From a virus (taxonomy: Duplodnaviria > Caudoviricetes): 24,646 bases of DNA. The position numbers and the translations under genes are program-made. Below, piece after piece: positions 24,558-24,646 of the stretch (position 1 is the stretch's first letter; the number at the start of each line of letters is the position of its first letter). Where the stretch lies: positions 1 to 24,646 of the IMG/VR virus record IMGVR_UViG_3300021197_000899. One strand, given 5' to 3'. The notes beneath the pieces are model-generated. The model was not told the origin of the DNA. It did not search any database and saw nothing but the letters and a program-made list of their open reading frames with translations.

Positions 24558-24646
24558 ATGGCAATTAATACATACTCAGTAAATGAAGCTAATAACGTAG
24601 GATTAGGACAAGTAGGGTCTGCTGTATTAGATGATGGTGAATCAGT
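24558..24646 (+). CDS. Start of the next structural gene (3'-truncated)
   Basis: AAGGAG RBS; MAINTYSVNEANNVGLGQVGSAVLDDGES, open to the window end. Confidence 0.7.
   Translation, partial: MAINTYSVNEANNVGLGQVGSAVLDDGES

Noticed and set aside
1-24646. Alternative genetic code, integrase, introns or inteins
   Set aside because: Core genes are intact and of ordinary length in code 11, all three stops are used, and no recombinase or splicing motifs were seen.

Overview
AT-rich dsDNA tailed-phage DNA (podovirus-like; host not identifiable, though strong GGAG Shine-Dalgarno sites argue against Bacteroidetes). It has three blocks. (1) 1-2727 (+): the end of a virion module, with the C-terminus of a very large protein and an HExxH protein. 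(2) 2875-14306 (-): a complete early/replication block with an AEP primase-SF4 helicase fusion, ERF recombinase, SSB, DUF932, Hjc-like resolvase, MazG-like and histone-fold-like proteins and many small ORFs. No recognisable DNA or RNA polymerase is present in it. (3) 14683-end (+): the packaging/head module (TerS candidate, TerL, portal, scaffold, major capsid, adaptors). The most unusual feature is an ORF-free stretch of about 1.1 kb (11441-12512) holding about 11 sequence-unrelated modules, each closed by its own terminal stem; ten are back-to-back with 3-17 nt linkers. Similar modules sit between the first early genes (12949-14105). G-U pairs and GNRA loops mostly favour minus-strand RNA, and several modules contain potential pseudoknots. 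This looks like a processed array of distinct structured ncRNAs of unknown function. All protein and structure calls come from motif recognition and manual pairing; no searches or folding programs were run.
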